Part shown: positions 50,960-51,303 of the stretch, one piece after another
Position numbering within the stretch: position 1 is the stretch's first letter
Layout: each line of letters starts with the position of its first letter
Position numbers and translations under genes: made by a program
Source of the DNA: Gemmatimonadales bacterium
Lineage (GTDB): Bacteria; Gemmatimonadota; Gemmatimonadetes; Gemmatimonadales; GWC2-71-9
Reading direction: 5' to 3'
DNA: 51,303 nucleotides
Assembly: GCA_035763205.1 (NCBI GenBank)
Contig: DASUBP010000186.1
Span: 1-51,303, forward strand
The notes under the pieces: generated by a model
Database searches by the model: none
Told to the model about the DNA's origin: nothing
The model's input: only the letters and a program-made list of their open reading frames with translations

Positions 50960-50972
50960 CGGAGTTTTGAAC

Positions 50973-50994
50973 CGGGGATGGCAGGTTGTCCCCG
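50973..50994 (+). terminator. Weak terminator-like hairpin after moaC
   Basis: CGGGGA-N10-TCCCCG, 14 nt after the moaC stop, followed by a T-containing tract (gttcttc). Confidence 0.25.
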
Positions 50995-51019
50995 AGACAG
51001 TTCTTCACAAGAGAGGTAT

Positions 51020-51303
51020 ATGCGCACCACGACCCAGCGACTGATGCTGCGGGGGACGGTGATCGTAGGGTTCGCGTTGGCGGTGAGCGCCGTCGGCGGA
51101 TGGGTCCGTCGCGCCACTGCGGACGACGTGACCCTCCCCGAAGCCACGGTTCCGGCCGCGGACGTGCGAGGCATGGAACAGACTCTGGATCAGGTCCAGG
51201 GTGAGCTGACGGTGGCCAAGCTGCAGTTGGAGCGGGCGACCGCCATCATCGGGTTTTCCAGCAAGTACGGAATTCCCGCGGACCTGGCCAGCAATATTTA
51301 CGA
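51020..51303 (+). CDS. Membrane-anchored protein, possibly a lytic-transglycosylase family N-terminus; partial, runs off the window
   Basis: ATG 51020 with GAGAGG SD. TM segment GTVIVGFALAVSAV. ...SKYGIPADLASNIY resembles the lead-in of SLT-domain proteins. Open-ended, so absent from the ORF track. Confidence 0.35.
   Translation, partial: MRTTTQRLMLRGTVIVGFALAVSAVGGWVRRATADDVTLPEATVPAADVRGMEQTLDQVQGELTVAKLQLERATAIIGFSSKYGIPADLASNIY

Overview
This is a 51.3-kb chromosomal segment with uniformly high G+C (about two-thirds by eye). It comes from a diderm bacterium, judged from the LPS-type heptosyltransferase, the TolC/RND efflux genes and FtsEX-EnvC. The phylum cannot be assigned without a database search. 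I call 43 CDS (two cut by the window edges) and one tRNA-Asn(GTT). I saw no rRNA, CRISPR array, transposase, integrase or prophage genes. Most genes are housekeeping: mfd, rho, lepA, ftsE/ftsX/envC-like, pcm, nfo, maeB, pckA, uvrA, holB, moaC. Accessory-type content comprises a TetR-controlled HlyD/ABC-2 exporter, a CzcCBA-type RND operon with extra genes, a pseudo-receiver/GAF/GGDEF protein, a PAS/GAF hybrid kinase with a receiver protein that has a 4-Cys tail, a triple-FHA/PP2C pair, a MoxR-less DUF58/BatA pair fused to the mfd operon, and an orphan STAS-GHKL plus DUF4325-like pair. Packing is extreme, with 17 start/stop overlaps. The signals I consider most novel are these. (1) A dispersed family of hairpin elements built from 13-nt tandem units with core CGTCRAG, at 17.3, 22.0 and 31.0 kb; one copy contains the only usable start codon of the envC-like gene. 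(2) A mirrored G-quadruplex/cruciform motif inside the rho-lepA divergent promoter, next to an N-terminally minimal Rho. (3) A recurrent TAnnnT-N7-11-ATG arrangement at seven operon heads, which implies leaderless mRNAs. (4) Two AT-rich islands sharing a 17-mer (15/17 identical). (5) The orphan STAS-GHKL/DUF4325 module. All functional calls come from reading motifs in the translations; no searches were run.
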